Below are positions 17,357-28,865 of a stretch of DNA of 64,000 bases, piece after piece (the stretch's first letter is position 1; each line of letters begins with the position of its first letter). This stretch comes from a virus (Duplodnaviria; Caudoviricetes), in the IMG/VR virus record IMGVR_UViG_3300021387_000573, positions 32,001 to 96,000 of that record; one strand, written 5' to 3'. The position numbers were made by a program, and so were the translations under genes. The notes beneath the pieces were generated by a model, which was not told the DNA's origin, made no database searches, and worked only from the letters and a program-made list of their open reading frames with translations.

Positions 17357-20114
17357 TGGGCTCCTCCAGGACGCACACAGTTGTCATCGTATATGTTTCG
17401 CCGCCGTATGTAAACGTATCCCCGGTATCAGAATCGCCATGCTTCGGATATGAAATCATGCCACCATTTGAACCGAGCAGGTTTTCAATAATTTGTTCAC
17501 CAGCGACAACCCACGCAAACTGCTTAGACCCCTCTTTGTGATAGCAAAGATCCAGAACAATGTCGCAGAGTTCTTTCTCATTTGGGCATATGATCTCCGC
17601 CTTCATTCTGAAGCGCCTGATGAAATCATCTTTTGTTTGCGGGAGTTCATCCTCGCTCATATAACCATCCGAGCGCATGAATTTCATATACTGCTGTAAT
17701 TCATGTTGGTAGTCGCGATATAGATCAGATATGGCTTGATAATCCTTTTGGCTATACTCGACACCGGACTTCATGATCGTATAATCAAAATCATTTGGCT
17801 TTGGTAATTGACCGTAATTAGGAAATACTTCTTCGATATGCCAGCAGATTCGATTTACAGTGCAAGGATTCATGCCGATCTTTTTATCTGTATCATAGTG
17901 AGACAAAAAGTCTTTGACTCGTTTAACCTTAAACTTTTTTCCTCGGAGTTCTTCGAGTGTGCAAATACCAAGATGGGCAAAATTCCTTCGGCAGCTCTTA
18001 TCATTGCCATTGATATAATCATCAATCTGCTTATTGAGGTTACTGTACACATAACGCATGAAATACGGCTTGTACGGCGCACATATCTCTCGGCAGAGTT
18101 TTTTGTATCCCTCGTCTTCAACACTATCAATATCTCGATATGAGAACCAGCAGGATGGCATCGGCTTGCAAACAATCCCTTTAATCCGATCTATTGTTTC
18201 TTGCTGAAATGCTTGCCCGCACATAACTCTGTACCGCAACGTTTTGTACTCATTAGATTCATGATCTTCAAACCCTGCACACGCTTCAATCATCGCAGTA
18301 ACATGGTTCGTTACGACGCCGATATCGTCATTAAAGGCTTTTTTATTACCTTCTATGATATCTTCTTCTTGCGGCACTTTCTTTTTCGCTTTCTTCTGCA
18401 AACAGAGTAGAGTTCGTGCATTCGGAGTGTTTTTAATGATTGTTCTGGCATTCGTAGTAAACACTGTATCGCCATCAAAATCGCAGCCATTTAGAGCATC
18501 CGCCATGGTATCCCATGCATTAATAAGGCACGCGGTTTTGATATGCTGAAACCAATTCAGCACCTCATCGCTTTTGTTGAGTTTCATCCTCCGAATATTG
18601 TGGATGCTGGTCATCGGAGCACGAAAACAACAGGCTTCATCAGCCTCTTTGTCAATCCAATATCTATGATAAATCTCTCCTGCATGAAGGAGCCCTGTTA
18701 CAGGAAGCCCGAACATACTTTGGCACAATGCATACAGATCTCCGCCAAGCATGGCAAAATTGGCATTAAGGCGAATAGAACCCTTCTTCGCAGAATCAAT
18801 CCGCTTCTTTATCATAGAGTGGATATTGCGACGAACATATGGGTCGTTGATCATGGCCGGTTCTACCATCAGCGCTTTAACATAATCGGCGGTCGCATGA
18901 ACAGCCTCTCTGTCATCCATACCTTGCCCGCATAAAAATGCCAAACTCTTGCGGTAGTCACCACCAAGAACATCGTTGATTTCCTGAACGGTTGATTCGC
19001 ATAATTCGTCAATCTCTTCATCCGTCATATTAATATCCTGAAGGAACTGATAGTTACTATCTCGAACGTTTTCCAGTTTCTCCGGAGTATCCTTCGTCGC
19101 AGAGAACAGATAGTGGTTTTCCGCGCAGTTCTTCGCGTAGTCTTCCCAACTGTCGTAGGAATCATAAAGCTTGAGCATAGACTCGGTGAGAATCATATCT
19201 GCTTCACGAACATCTCGCACGTCTCCCCAGACATCTTTGATGAAGTATGTTCCGGCGACCTTCTCTGCAAACTCAACAAAGTCAAAGGTATAAAGCATTC
19301 CCTTCGTCCACGCATTTCTGCAATTGAATCCGGAGAGTGTATGCTCCGCGTCTCCGTTCAGAAATCCGTTGACACGTCGAGAGTAAGCAGGAGAGATCAT
19401 GCCATTGCCGTCAGAGGCATCGTGCTCGATCTCGTAACCGTCTTCATATGTAAGTTCTGGCTCGCCATCCGTATCCGTATTAATTAGGATGACATCATCC
19501 TTGAACTTAGTCATACAGTCATGGACAACGATAACGCCATTCGGCTGCGGAATCGGAGTAGAACCAGAGCAGGTAAGGGCACAGTATGCTTCAAACTTTG
19601 CGGGGACGAGCTCCTTCTCCATGTTGCGCCCGTTATCAATACGTTTTCTCAACTCCGGCCAGAGAACGTCATTCACATATACGATGGTGCTTGTTTTAAC
19701 ACCGCCATTTGTTCCGAGTAAACGATGATAACGAACGCCATTGATCTTGAATCCTTGATTGGCGCGGTCGTAATCTTTGTTGCTATCCATAACAACGCAG
19801 ACGTAATCAGGCTGGAACTGCAATCTGTACAGGGCATTGTACAGACTGCGAATCCGAACCTTCGTCTCCGTGCTCTTCGGACGCTTTTTCTCGTTCTTGA
19901 TACTGCGCTGGATCTGCTTTACCTTGGCGTCATAGTCTTCTACACCATTGAGCTCATCGATCCACCGGAGCATCTGGCTGTCATTCAGAGCAACGATCAG
20001 GTCTGGGTAATCGCGCAGCGCGGTTTCCAGCGGAAGATCCAAATCCCAGTTCGCTCGCTTGAGCTGCTTGGTATGAATTTTATAAATAAGTTTCTGTGCT
20101 GCCTTTTGTTTCAT
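17337..20114 (-). CDS. yonO: YonO-like single-subunit DNA-dependent RNA polymerase (two-barrel, RdRP-related)
   Basis: 925 aa with SDGNGMIS, KGML, FRAP and catalytic NGCDFDGD; sits upstream of HU and late genes as in SPbeta. Confidence 0.85.
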   Translation of the reverse strand: MKQKAAQKLIYKIHTKQLKRANWDLDLPLETALRDYPDLIVALNDSQMLRWIDELNGVEDYDAKVKQIQRSIKNEKKRPKSTETKVRIRSLYNALYRLQFQPDYVCVVMDSNKDYDRANQGFKINGVRYHRLLGTNGGVKTSTIVYVNDVLWPELRKRIDNGRNMEKELVPAKFEAYCALTCSGSTPIPQPNGVIVVHDCMTKFKDDVILINTDTDGEPELTYEDGYEIEHDASDGNGMISPAYSRRVNGFLNGDAEHTLSGFNCRNAWTKGMLYTFDFVEFAEKVAGTYFIKDVWGDVRDVREADMILTESMLKLYDSYDSWEDYAKNCAENHYLFSATKDTPEKLENVRDSNYQFLQDINMTDEEIDELCESTVQEINDVLGGDYRKSLAFLCGQGMDDREAVHATADYVKALMVEPAMINDPYVRRNIHSMIKKRIDSAKKGSIRLNANFAMLGGDLYALCQSMFGLPVTGLLHAGEIYHRYWIDKEADEACCFRAPMTSIHNIRRMKLNKSDEVLNWFQHIKTACLINAWDTMADALNGCDFDGDTVFTTNARTIIKNTPNARTLLCLQKKAKKKVPQEEDIIEGNKKAFNDDIGVVTNHVTAMIEACAGFEDHESNEYKTLRYRVMCGQAFQQETIDRIKGIVCKPMPSCWFSYRDIDSVEDEGYKKLCREICAPYKPYFMRYVYSNLNKQIDDYINGNDKSCRRNFAHLGICTLEELRGKKFKVKRVKDFLSHYDTDKKIGMNPCTVNRICWHIEEVFPNYGQLPKPNDFDYTIMKSGVEYSQKDYQAISDLYRDYQHELQQYMKFMRSDGYMSEDELPQTKDDFIRRFRMKAEIICPNEKELCDIVLDLCYHKEGSKQFAWVVAGEQIIENLLGSNGGMISYPKHGDSDTGDTFTYGGETYTMTTVCVLEEPNEDYTE

Positions 20115-20253
20115 GCATCACCCTTCTTGAAAAAGTAGGTCTATTTTTAAACCTGCCATAAAAATCTCACATATTTTATGGGGAGGAATTTTCGCATGCC
20201 TGTTTCCGTGGGTATCCGGATGTCTGAGAACAGATTAAATTTCTTCCCATAAT

Positions 20254-21220
20254 TTATTGAGTATTTTTAGCACGTCCTAATTCGAGTCTCTGACAGAGCG
20301 CTTCTCTCTGTTCATCTGTCAGCTCCCGTTTACGAAACGGATTCTTGCCGAAACGAAATGGATAGAGCGGGCAGGTAGACGCCGGACAGAGTTTGACTTC
20401 TGTGGTCTGGTCACAACAGCAATCCAAGCATTTAGCTCTGATTGCTTTTAATGGAGAAGTGATTTGTTTATTGTCCATGTTTTTCCTCACTAAATATGTT
20501 CCTTAGATAATCATCCCATCGACTAAGCGCCTCTTGGGCACGATCAATCGCCTCAATGCGCTGAGAAAGCACATCAAACATTGGGTTTTTCTTCGATAGT
20601 CCAGCCATAGCGCCGGTCAAATCAATTGCCATGATCTCTAAAACATGAATTGCTTCTTTATTTGACATCGTGCACCTCTTCTGCGTTTGCAATAAGATTA
20701 TTCCACCATCGGTCGTCTTCCTTCTTTTGTGCGCGGGCACCGTCAAGATATGCAGCCAAGTAGGCCATGTCCGAGTTGTCACACTCAGAACCGAGATTAA
20801 ACTGGCGATCTGCTTCTGCCAGACTTTGCTCTGCAGATTCTATTACGCTTCTTTTAGTTTTATTTGACTGCATTTAACCACCTTAAAACAAAGCTCGTCT
20901 GGGAGCCATTCAGTTTGTAATTCGTCATGTTCAAATCGCAATAAGTCAATGATATGTTCTATCTTAAAGCAGAAGTCTTCTCTGCCGGAACGAATCGTGC
21001 GCAAAACTCCGTTAATAAACTGCGTATAACGGAACCATTCTGATTCGCCGGTATATGTATATGGTGTGTTCTCGAATGAGTATCGATGAGAAGGGAAGCG
21101 GTCATCGATGCTTGGCTGGGTTATATCTCGCAGATGGCCGAACAATGGTTGCCACTGATCGTCCGTCATCTGAGGAAGGATCTTATTGATCTCCTTACAT
21201 TGCTTGGATGAAAGTTTCAC
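20254..21220 (-). other. Cluster of four small hypothetical ORFs upstream of the RNAP gene
   Basis: Overlapping ORFs 20843-21220, 20658-20873, about 20468-20668 and 20254-20490 (last has CLDCC...CP...CPLYPFR). Confidence 0.55.
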
Positions 21221-21368
21221 GCGGCCATAAATCCTCTCTTTCTGTTCTTATCAAGTTTGTTTCATATATTTGCATTAGTCAACAGTTACTATGACGGGCA
21301 ACCGCCAAGGGGCATCTCTGCAGCTACCAGGACGAATCACCGATGGGCATATCGGTATCGTCGATGGT

Positions 21369-21400
21369 ATTGTACTCCTTTATTATGCATTTGTCAACAG
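21369..21400 (-). promoter_or_regulatory. Sigma-A promoter within the conserved CTGTTGACAAATG box, driving the RNAP operon
   Basis: TTGACA-17 nt-TACAAT on the minus strand; a second box copy at 21269-21285. Confidence 0.7.
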
Positions 21401-21688
21401 TTTAATCTGGCTGTATCTCGAAAAGTTTTGTGGCAGTCGCCAGGACGAAGATGAACCGGGGATCATTTTGCTGTGCCGATGATAAACTGGAGAGCTCCGG
21501 CTGCAAGATCGATAAGATAGGAATGGCTCCCACAGAAGGAAAGGGGAGAGGCAGCCGATCCGAAACTGTTATGGCAGCATACCAGGACAGCCGCCTCGAC
21601 CAGACTTTTCTTTCTTTTTCTTTTATAGATTTTCTTTCTTCTTTCTTTTATATATTATTATATAAATATAGTATTAAGTAGGTAAGGC

Positions 21689-21851
21689 AATAAACTCTTA
21701 CAGTAATAAAATACAGTAATAAACTATTACTGTAAGAAGTAATAAACTCATACAGTAAGATACTTATTACTTAAACACAGTATTAGTTTATTCACTTATT
21801 ATATTAATACTATATGACATTATTATATACGTTCATAAACTAATACTGTGT
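21689..21851. repeat. AT-rich iteron-like direct repeats plus a 17-bp inverted repeat
   Basis: AATAAACT(C/A)(T/A)TAC(A/T)GTAA at 21689, 21718, 21741; ACACAGTATTAGTTTAT (21775-21791) / ATAAACTAATACTGTGT (21835-21851). Confidence 0.75.
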
Positions 21852-23073
21852 CGCGAACCTATTGATTTTAACCTCTGTCAACTGATCAAAATTTGTAAAT
21901 AACACGCCGGTTAAACTCAATAGCTTACGCGATGAACAACAATCAGAGAAATATTTTTCTCACAGTATGAAACTCAATTTTCAAAGCTGTCAGAACTTTT
22001 TGCGCAAAGTGCTGTGAGTGGTTGCGATTGTACAATTTGCACAAAAATGCAGAAAGCAACCATGAACTGGGCACTTTCTGCGCGTATGAGTATCTGACGG
22101 TTATTGTTTCACTAGATCATGAATTGTCCAAAAGCTTAAAATCAATCCAATTTCATATAGAAACTCTCTTGTCGTGGGAAGTTGTCTACCTGTGTCAGAT
22201 TACTGATCGGATCTTCAACTTCCCATTTTTTGTTGTCTTGTAGAGTTTTCGATTTGATTTTCGATAAAGTATCTTGTTTTGGGAAGTTATGAAAATCTGG
22301 CAGTATGAAATGGGTGAGAAGACAGGACGGAGAAAAACAAAAAAAAGTGGGGGAAGATAGGGGTAAAAAAATGTGAGTGAAGGAGAACACATGCCGTCCT
22401 GGCTTCGGCTGCTGGAGTGGCCGGTGATGTAAACCCACCCCCGGTTAGATAGCTCTAACTGCTCTTGCCGTGGGCGATCCGTGGCAAGTCAAGAAAAGCG
22501 CAAAATCTTGACTTTAGCTAAGTAAAGTAAATTGATCGCAATTTAATTGTGCAAGTTGCATAAAACAGCTTTTTTATTCAAAAAGTTGAAATATTCAAAA
22601 TTTTTAACTTTTAGCACTATATCGAGGTGCGATATATCGAGGCTCGATATATGATCCTTTGTTTTTGGCATGATATCATTTTGATATCACTTTAATATCA
22701 ATCCATTTTCCCCACTTGTCAAGTATTTTTCCTTTACAATCCGCTCTAATTCCCCACTTGCTTTATAGGAATTATATCCCATGCGCATATAATCCCCACT
22801 GAATCAATAGGAAATCAGATCCTCCAGCTAATGTATTAAGCGCTTAATACAATAATACACTTCCTGGTTTTCTCTTTCCCTCCTATTCGACATGATACAC
22901 AAGCGCGGGAAAACATATCTACATCGGACATATATAGCGGGCTGCGTGTCAGCCTTGCGCGGGAAAAGCTCTTGACGGTTATTTCCAGATTGTTTCTTGT
23001 GCTTGCCTATACTATATAATTGCAAAATTCAAGCGCGGCAAAAAAAACCGCGCTTTTCTATTTCTATAGTGTA

Positions 23074-23331
23074 TTAGTCCGAAAGAGAATCAAGCAGAGT
23101 TTTCCCGCTTTCGTTGTCGTGGCTGTCAACAGTTTTTTCTAAGCTTTCTATTTTTTCATTTACTGCACTTTTTATAAAAGTATTTAGCGGCATTCCGGCG
23201 ATTTCAGCGGCTTTTTTCCACTTTTCCGCTATTTCTATGGGTAAATCAAGCGGAATCCGTTTATATTTTTCTTTGGCAAATTTCAATTTATAATCAACAT
23301 TTTTCGCTCTTTTTTTGTTCTCAGAATCCAT
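23074..23331 (-). CDS. Ribbon-helix-helix (Arc-like) DNA-binding protein
   Basis: YKRIPLDL...WKKAAEIAGMPLNTFIKSAVNEKI. Confidence 0.65.
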   Translation of the reverse strand: MDSENKKRAKNVDYKLKFAKEKYKRIPLDLPIEIAEKWKKAAEIAGMPLNTFIKSAVNEKIESLEKTVDSHDNESGKTLLDSLSD

Positions 23332-23393
23332 ATAAATCAGCCCTTTTCATAACTTTTAATGGTTAAATTGTACGATCCTGGCAAATTTGCACA

Positions 23394-23452
23394 ATCTCGT
23401 ACGTGATATTTTGTGCATTTTACCACTTGCGTTTATATCTCGTACGTGATAT
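23394..23452. promoter_or_regulatory. Tandem operator ATCTCGTACGTGATAT (2 copies) in a divergent promoter region
   Basis: Exact 16-bp near-palindromic copies at 23394-23409 and 23437-23452. Confidence 0.7.
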
Positions 23453-23740
23453 CTTATAGCCACAACAGGGAACGCGCAGCCGGCGACGATACGAGCGGGC
23501 CGAAACTTGTGGGGATAGAATAGGCTATAAATACCGCGGCGCAGAAAGGGCGCGTATAATGCGGTTATATTGGGGCGTCAACTCTTTAACTATGCGCGGG
23601 AAAATTTGCAGTATTGCAGACGCGCAAGGCAAAGTTAACGGACGTATAACGCAAAAACATTTTAGCATTGACTGCCCGCGCCGTCAAGATACGGCGCGGA
23701 AAATGAATGCTAAAAAATTTCAATCTGGAGGTTGAACACA

Positions 23741-24061
23741 ATGAAAAAGTATACTCTTTCAATTGGCTTGAGAGACGGCAAAATTCCCGGCCACCCGCAA
23801 ATTATCCCGTCATTTATCGCAAAATCCATTATAGCAGATACCATGATTTCCCGTTTCGGCGGCGCGACGATCCTCCCCGCGCTCGGCGTTTACACGCACG
23901 ACAACGGGCGCAAAGTCCGCGAAAATACCATTGTTGTCTACATCTACGACGCAGAAGAAAGCGCCGTCAAATCCGCTTGCGAATATCTCGCGCGGCGCTT
24001 GCGTCAAGAGTCTATCGCCTACGAATGCGCAGAAGTGACAAGCGAATTTATTCGGCCATAA
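23741..24061 (+). CDS. Putative SAM lyase (T3 SAMase/DUF3574-like fold)
   Basis: GGAT...GVY...RENT.VV...LA..L.QESIA resembles the GxY...E.T...Q[DE]xV pattern of phage SAM lyases; first gene of the early arm. Confidence 0.5.
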   Translation: MKKYTLSIGLRDGKIPGHPQIIPSFIAKSIIADTMISRFGGATILPALGVYTHDNGRKVRENTIVVYIYDAEESAVKSACEYLARRLRQESIAYECAEVTSEFIRP

Positions 24062-25491
24062 CTGTTGACAAATGCAAAAAGGAGGTTTATACCATGAAAA
24101 AATTTGAATTGCCTTGCTATGATAGCCGAAAATCTTTTTACGGAAAAGCCGTTGTTCTGGAGGAAAACGGGGAAAAGACGCTCTACAGCTACGGCACACG
24201 GGTGTGCAAGCTGGACAAGTCCGGCCACTTCCGGCGGCTCTGGGGCGGCTATTCTGCCACAACTATGCGCCACGTTAACAGCTTTCTCATGCACTACGAT
24301 CAGGAGGGAGGCGGGAAGAACTGGTGGACTGCGCAGCCCGTGGCTTAAATCGGGCAAAATTCCGGAAAACCGGCGCGGACTTTTTGACGGACTTTTCCCC
24401 GCGAAACAACGGAAAATCCGATCCCATTCAACAAAATTTTAGAAAATCCAGGAGGGAAAAACTATGGAAAATTATCTTTGTCTATTCAGTAGCGAATACT
24501 TTACCGCCGGAAAAATCTATACCATGGTGGACTATTTGCCGGAAAATATCGGCGTACTTGTCTACGATAACCAGGGCTATCCGCACGGCCTGAGCTATGA
24601 CTTTCTTTGCAAGAATTTTCGGAAAATTTGAGGGAGGAAAATATCATGGAAAGAATCACAAAATCGGAATTTATCCGCACAATCACGGAAAATTTGACCA
24701 CGTTTGTCGGCAATGCGCGGAACATCACGGAGGACACACTGGAGGCAAAGCTGGACAGCTTGCAATTCTATGACGATGAAATTTTGGAAAAACGCACGGC
24801 CACGGCTCGCGCCACGTTCGTGGAATTTTCGGGCGGCAGTAGGCTCTATCTGAATCAGGCCGGAAAATATGAGTTTTTCCGCAATATCGGCCCCGCATGG
24901 GGCAGCCCACTCGGGAATACCGGCGCGGAATTTGTCGCCGTGAAATATACGGAAACTTTGAGCGACGGCGAAGACTGGACGCGTTGGACAGTTTATCTCG
25001 TGCATAGGTAAAGGAGGAAAATATGGAATTTCGCAATTATAAAGTCGCGTATCACTTTGAGCGGGATGGAAAATACATACGTAAAGTGGAAGAAATCATG
25101 GCTACAAGCGCCCAGGACGCCGCCGACACGATCCGGGAGGAATGCACCGATCTGAGCTATCCGCGCGTCGATCGTGTATGGGTGGAAACTTTGACCGCAT
25201 GGGAAGAAAGGGAGTTTGAATAATGCTGGAAAATTTGACGCGCAGCGGCTTTTGTTTCTTGCGCCAGGAAGACGAAAACCGCGCTATTTATGAAAACAAG
25301 TTTACCGGCCTTTGGCTTGTGGTAGATTTGGAAAACGATACATACAAAGTTGTGGAGGACTGAAATATGGAAAAACTGCTGGAAAAAATCAGAAAATTTC
25401 TCAACTCGGACTTCATGCGATCCTTTGCCAACGGTGTAAACGCGGCGCACATAGCTATGTGGACACTCTAACATAACAACAATATAACTTG

Positions 25492-25520
25492 TTGACAAAT
25501 GCAAATACATATGCTATCTT
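25492..25520 (+). promoter_or_regulatory. Sigma-A promoter within the TGTTGACAAATGC box
   Basis: TTGACA-17-TATCTT with upstream TG. Confidence 0.55.
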
Positions 25521-27577
25521 AATAAGGGAATCAGAAAATAAGATAGAACAAGCTGGAAAATTTGGAAAATATGGAGCGCCGGAGCGCGGAAAAATTGAAT
25601 TTGACGAAGAGCCGGACAGTTTCCGGCGCTCTATTGAAAAGGAGAAATAAAAATGGAAAATTCTGTTCATATCAACATCAACGGCCACGATATCAGTTTT
25701 TACAATCGCAGCGAGAGCACCCGGAACGGCTTCCGGCATGTGTCCAGCATGTTTCTTGACCATGAGCATGTGGGGCGCGGAATTTGTAACTATCTCAACA
25801 GGACATGGGAATGGTACAGCTTTCAGTCTTCCATGATCCGCGCCGTGGAAAATCGGATGGACGAGCGCCAGGACCGGCTGGAGAGCATCTACCGCCGCAA
25901 CAACGGCATCAAGCGCATGACGGCAGCGAAGCGCGGAGAATTTGAGAAAATTCTGGATGATGACAGCACCATGCAGCTCTACCGGGACACGATCAAGAAT
26001 CTGAAGGAGGTATATCACCGTTGAAAACCTACAGACTGGAATGGGAAATGCCGGACGGAGCATCCGGGCTGGAAACTTATGCGGACGATCTGGACGCGCT
26101 GAACGATCTGGAAGATTTGATCGAAGACGGCGCGGAATGGGCGCAGCTCATGGAGTCCGAAACATACGGCGGCATGGTCGTGGATGAAACAATCATCAAG
26201 GAATATCGGAGGGAATAATGGAAAAATTCAAGACGATCTCCGAGCTTGAAATCCTCAATTATGCGTGGCTGGAAGTCCTGAAGAAATACCAATACGCAGA
26301 AGAGCGAGCCAAACGCCTGTGGGCTCTTGGAAAATCCGCGCCCATTGCGGAGGCTCGCATGGAAAAACTGAAAGCCCAGGAACAGGAGCTTCACGACGCG
26401 ATCCTTGAGCTGGAAAAAACGATGAAATGTTAATTTGATAAGGAGGAAATACAATGCACGAAGTTACTTATATCAATTCCGTAGGCGTTGAAGTTGTGGA
26501 AACTTTTGAAACAGAAGAGGAAGCAACGGAATTTACAAGACACCTTGACGAGCGTATTAAACGTGGAACGTGCAAAGGTTACTGCTATCACAAGCCGGGA
26601 ATTAACAATCTGCGAGAGCTGGACGAGCATTGGGCTTGATGGATGAAATAACTATTTCATAAGGAGAAAAACATGAATTTCGTTGAATACTGGATTGCAA
26701 GAGTGAATCAGGCATATGACAAACTTGATTGTTCAAAACTGGACGAGAAGACACGGGACAGTTTGGTTTATGCCGCTTCAAATCTTGTTAGCGAGTTGGA
26801 AAAAGCGGCCAATTTGGCCGGATAAAGGAGGAAAACATGAAAGTCAAATATGCGTATCTGGACAGGCGAAACACTTACGAGCTGGAGGCACCGGCCAAAA
26901 TCAAGGATAGCTGGGGAACTCCGTGGGAAGTGGCGAGCTTCCATGTGGAAGATTTCACCGGAAAATCTGTGCGTATCAGATACTACGGGACAAACAAGGT
27001 GGCTCTGTTTCGAGCCTTGAAAAGACTGACCTACGGCGAGGATGGAAATCTTTACTGCCAAGTTGCAAACAAAGTTTTTCTCATTGGAACATGGGAAATC
27101 AAAGAACTTTGAAAGGTCTTGATATCATCTATAGCGAGGACGATAGCGGCTACTATGCACAAGACTTCAACGATCCGAAGCAGCCAGCCAGCCAGGTATT
27201 CCAGTCTGTGGAAGATCTGAAGGAAGCAATCGACAGCGGAAAAATCAAGCTGAAATAAAACAATCTTTTGATTAGGAGGATTTGGAAAATATGAAAATCA
27301 CAAGAGGCTTTAACGGCCAGACGATTGAGATCGAGCTGACCGAGAACGAACTTTACCAGGCGTATATCGAACAGGAGCATATCTTTGATAGAAACGATGT
27401 AGAAAACTACTTCGATGACTATGAAGACTCTGATTTTGAGACAGAGTACGGATGCAGCCGCGCAGAGGCCATGGAAAAACTGGACGAAATCGCCTATGAA
27501 ATGCGCAGAAACATCGATAAGTACGATATGAACTGGTATGACGCCCGTGAAGCGGCTATTGCGGAAAAACTGTAATT

Positions 27578-27641
27578 GATCGTCAGAGCGATCTAAAACA
27601 GTCCATTAAGCTCTGAGCGTGGGGCTTATGCCCCGGTTGGA
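27578..27641 (+). ncRNA. Pistol self-cleaving ribozyme
   Basis: P1 GATCG/CGATC; loop TCAGAG pairs with CTCTGA (pseudoknot); TAAAACA linker; P2 TCCA/TGGA; TTAAG; GCG; P3 TGGGGC/GCCCCG; GU cleavage site at 27636/27637. Confidence 0.85.
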
Positions 27642-28865
27642 AAAATACATAATATGGGGAGGAAAAGTCATGTATACCAATGTCAAAGTCAAGCTATCCA
27701 AGAAGGACTTCGATACGATCAAGGAAATTTCCGAGCGGGAATCGTCTTTCGATTGGGATATCCCGAGCGGCTACATCATGTTCGGAAAATATGGCATGAC
27801 CGTCTGCCGTCTGTGCCGGAAAATCTGGTACACAAAGTACGTATCCGAGTGGAAAAGTAAATCTTACAAGGACATTATGGAAGAACTGGACGAACAGGAA
27901 TGGAGGGAAATCGCATGACCGTGGTATTCAATGACATTCGGCGTGAAACTTACGAGCGTTTGGAAAATGTGTGGTGGATGGAAGAATACTGGGCAAAAAC
28001 TTCTTCTGGCCACATGTCGTGGTTTTGGCTTTGCCACATGGAAGACGGAACAAACCGTTCATTTCAGAAGAAACACTATTCGATCCATCGGATCGACGGA
28101 TAAGGAGGACATGTCATGATTAAAGACGAAATCTTCTGCTATATCAGAGACAATTTCAATCTGGATGATATGGCGGCGTCTACGCTTGTTTGGAATATCG
28201 TTTCGCTTCTTGTTGATGAAGTGCAGAACAAGGATGATCGTATTTCGTTTGCGGAAGATTTGCTCGATGGGCTTGGCCTTAATGACAAAGAGTTAGCGCA
28301 GCTCTTTGGATGAAATGATTATTTGATTGGAGTGGAAAAGATGATTACTCTTGCTGAAGCATTCAAGCTCTGCGATATCAATGAAGAAAATGTGTATCTC
28401 CGTCATGTGGAGGAATCCAATTCTGTCTGGAGCAGCGGACATTACTTCCGGTCGAAGAAAATCCGCGACAAGATGGACATGCGGAAAATCCGAGTGGTCA
28501 AGATCGAACCGGCTTTTGAACACTTCGGGCCTGATTTCATCGGCTGGCGCTTTATTGTCGCCGGTATCACGCCGGAAGAATTGACGAGAATCGAATACAA
28601 ATAAGGAGGATATGAACATGGAGCTTTTCGTCGTGACTGATAACATCGTGCAGAACTTGTTCACGGAGCCAAGATACTACACAGAGGCGATTGACGCGAC
28701 ATATATCGTCGGTATCTACTCCACGAGAGAACAGGCTGTGAAGGAAGTCGAGCGTCTGGAAAAACTGAGAGACGATTCCGGCGATCCCGATATGTTCGAC
28801 CGGCACTACTACTGTGTCCAGACCTTCAACCTGGATGAGAACTATTCGATCAAATAAAATGCAGA

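Noticed and set aside
21689-22810. CRISPR array
   Set aside because: Repeats are short, degenerate and irregularly spaced, with no unique spacers of constant length and no cas genes
23460-23515. Hammerhead-like fold (CCACAA/TTGTGG stem, GAAAC)
   Set aside because: No CUGANGA core
23707-24093. N-terminal extension of the 213-aa ORF 23707-24348
   Set aside because: Overlaps the SAM-lyase-like gene; the real start is ATG 24094 with its own GGAGG RBS
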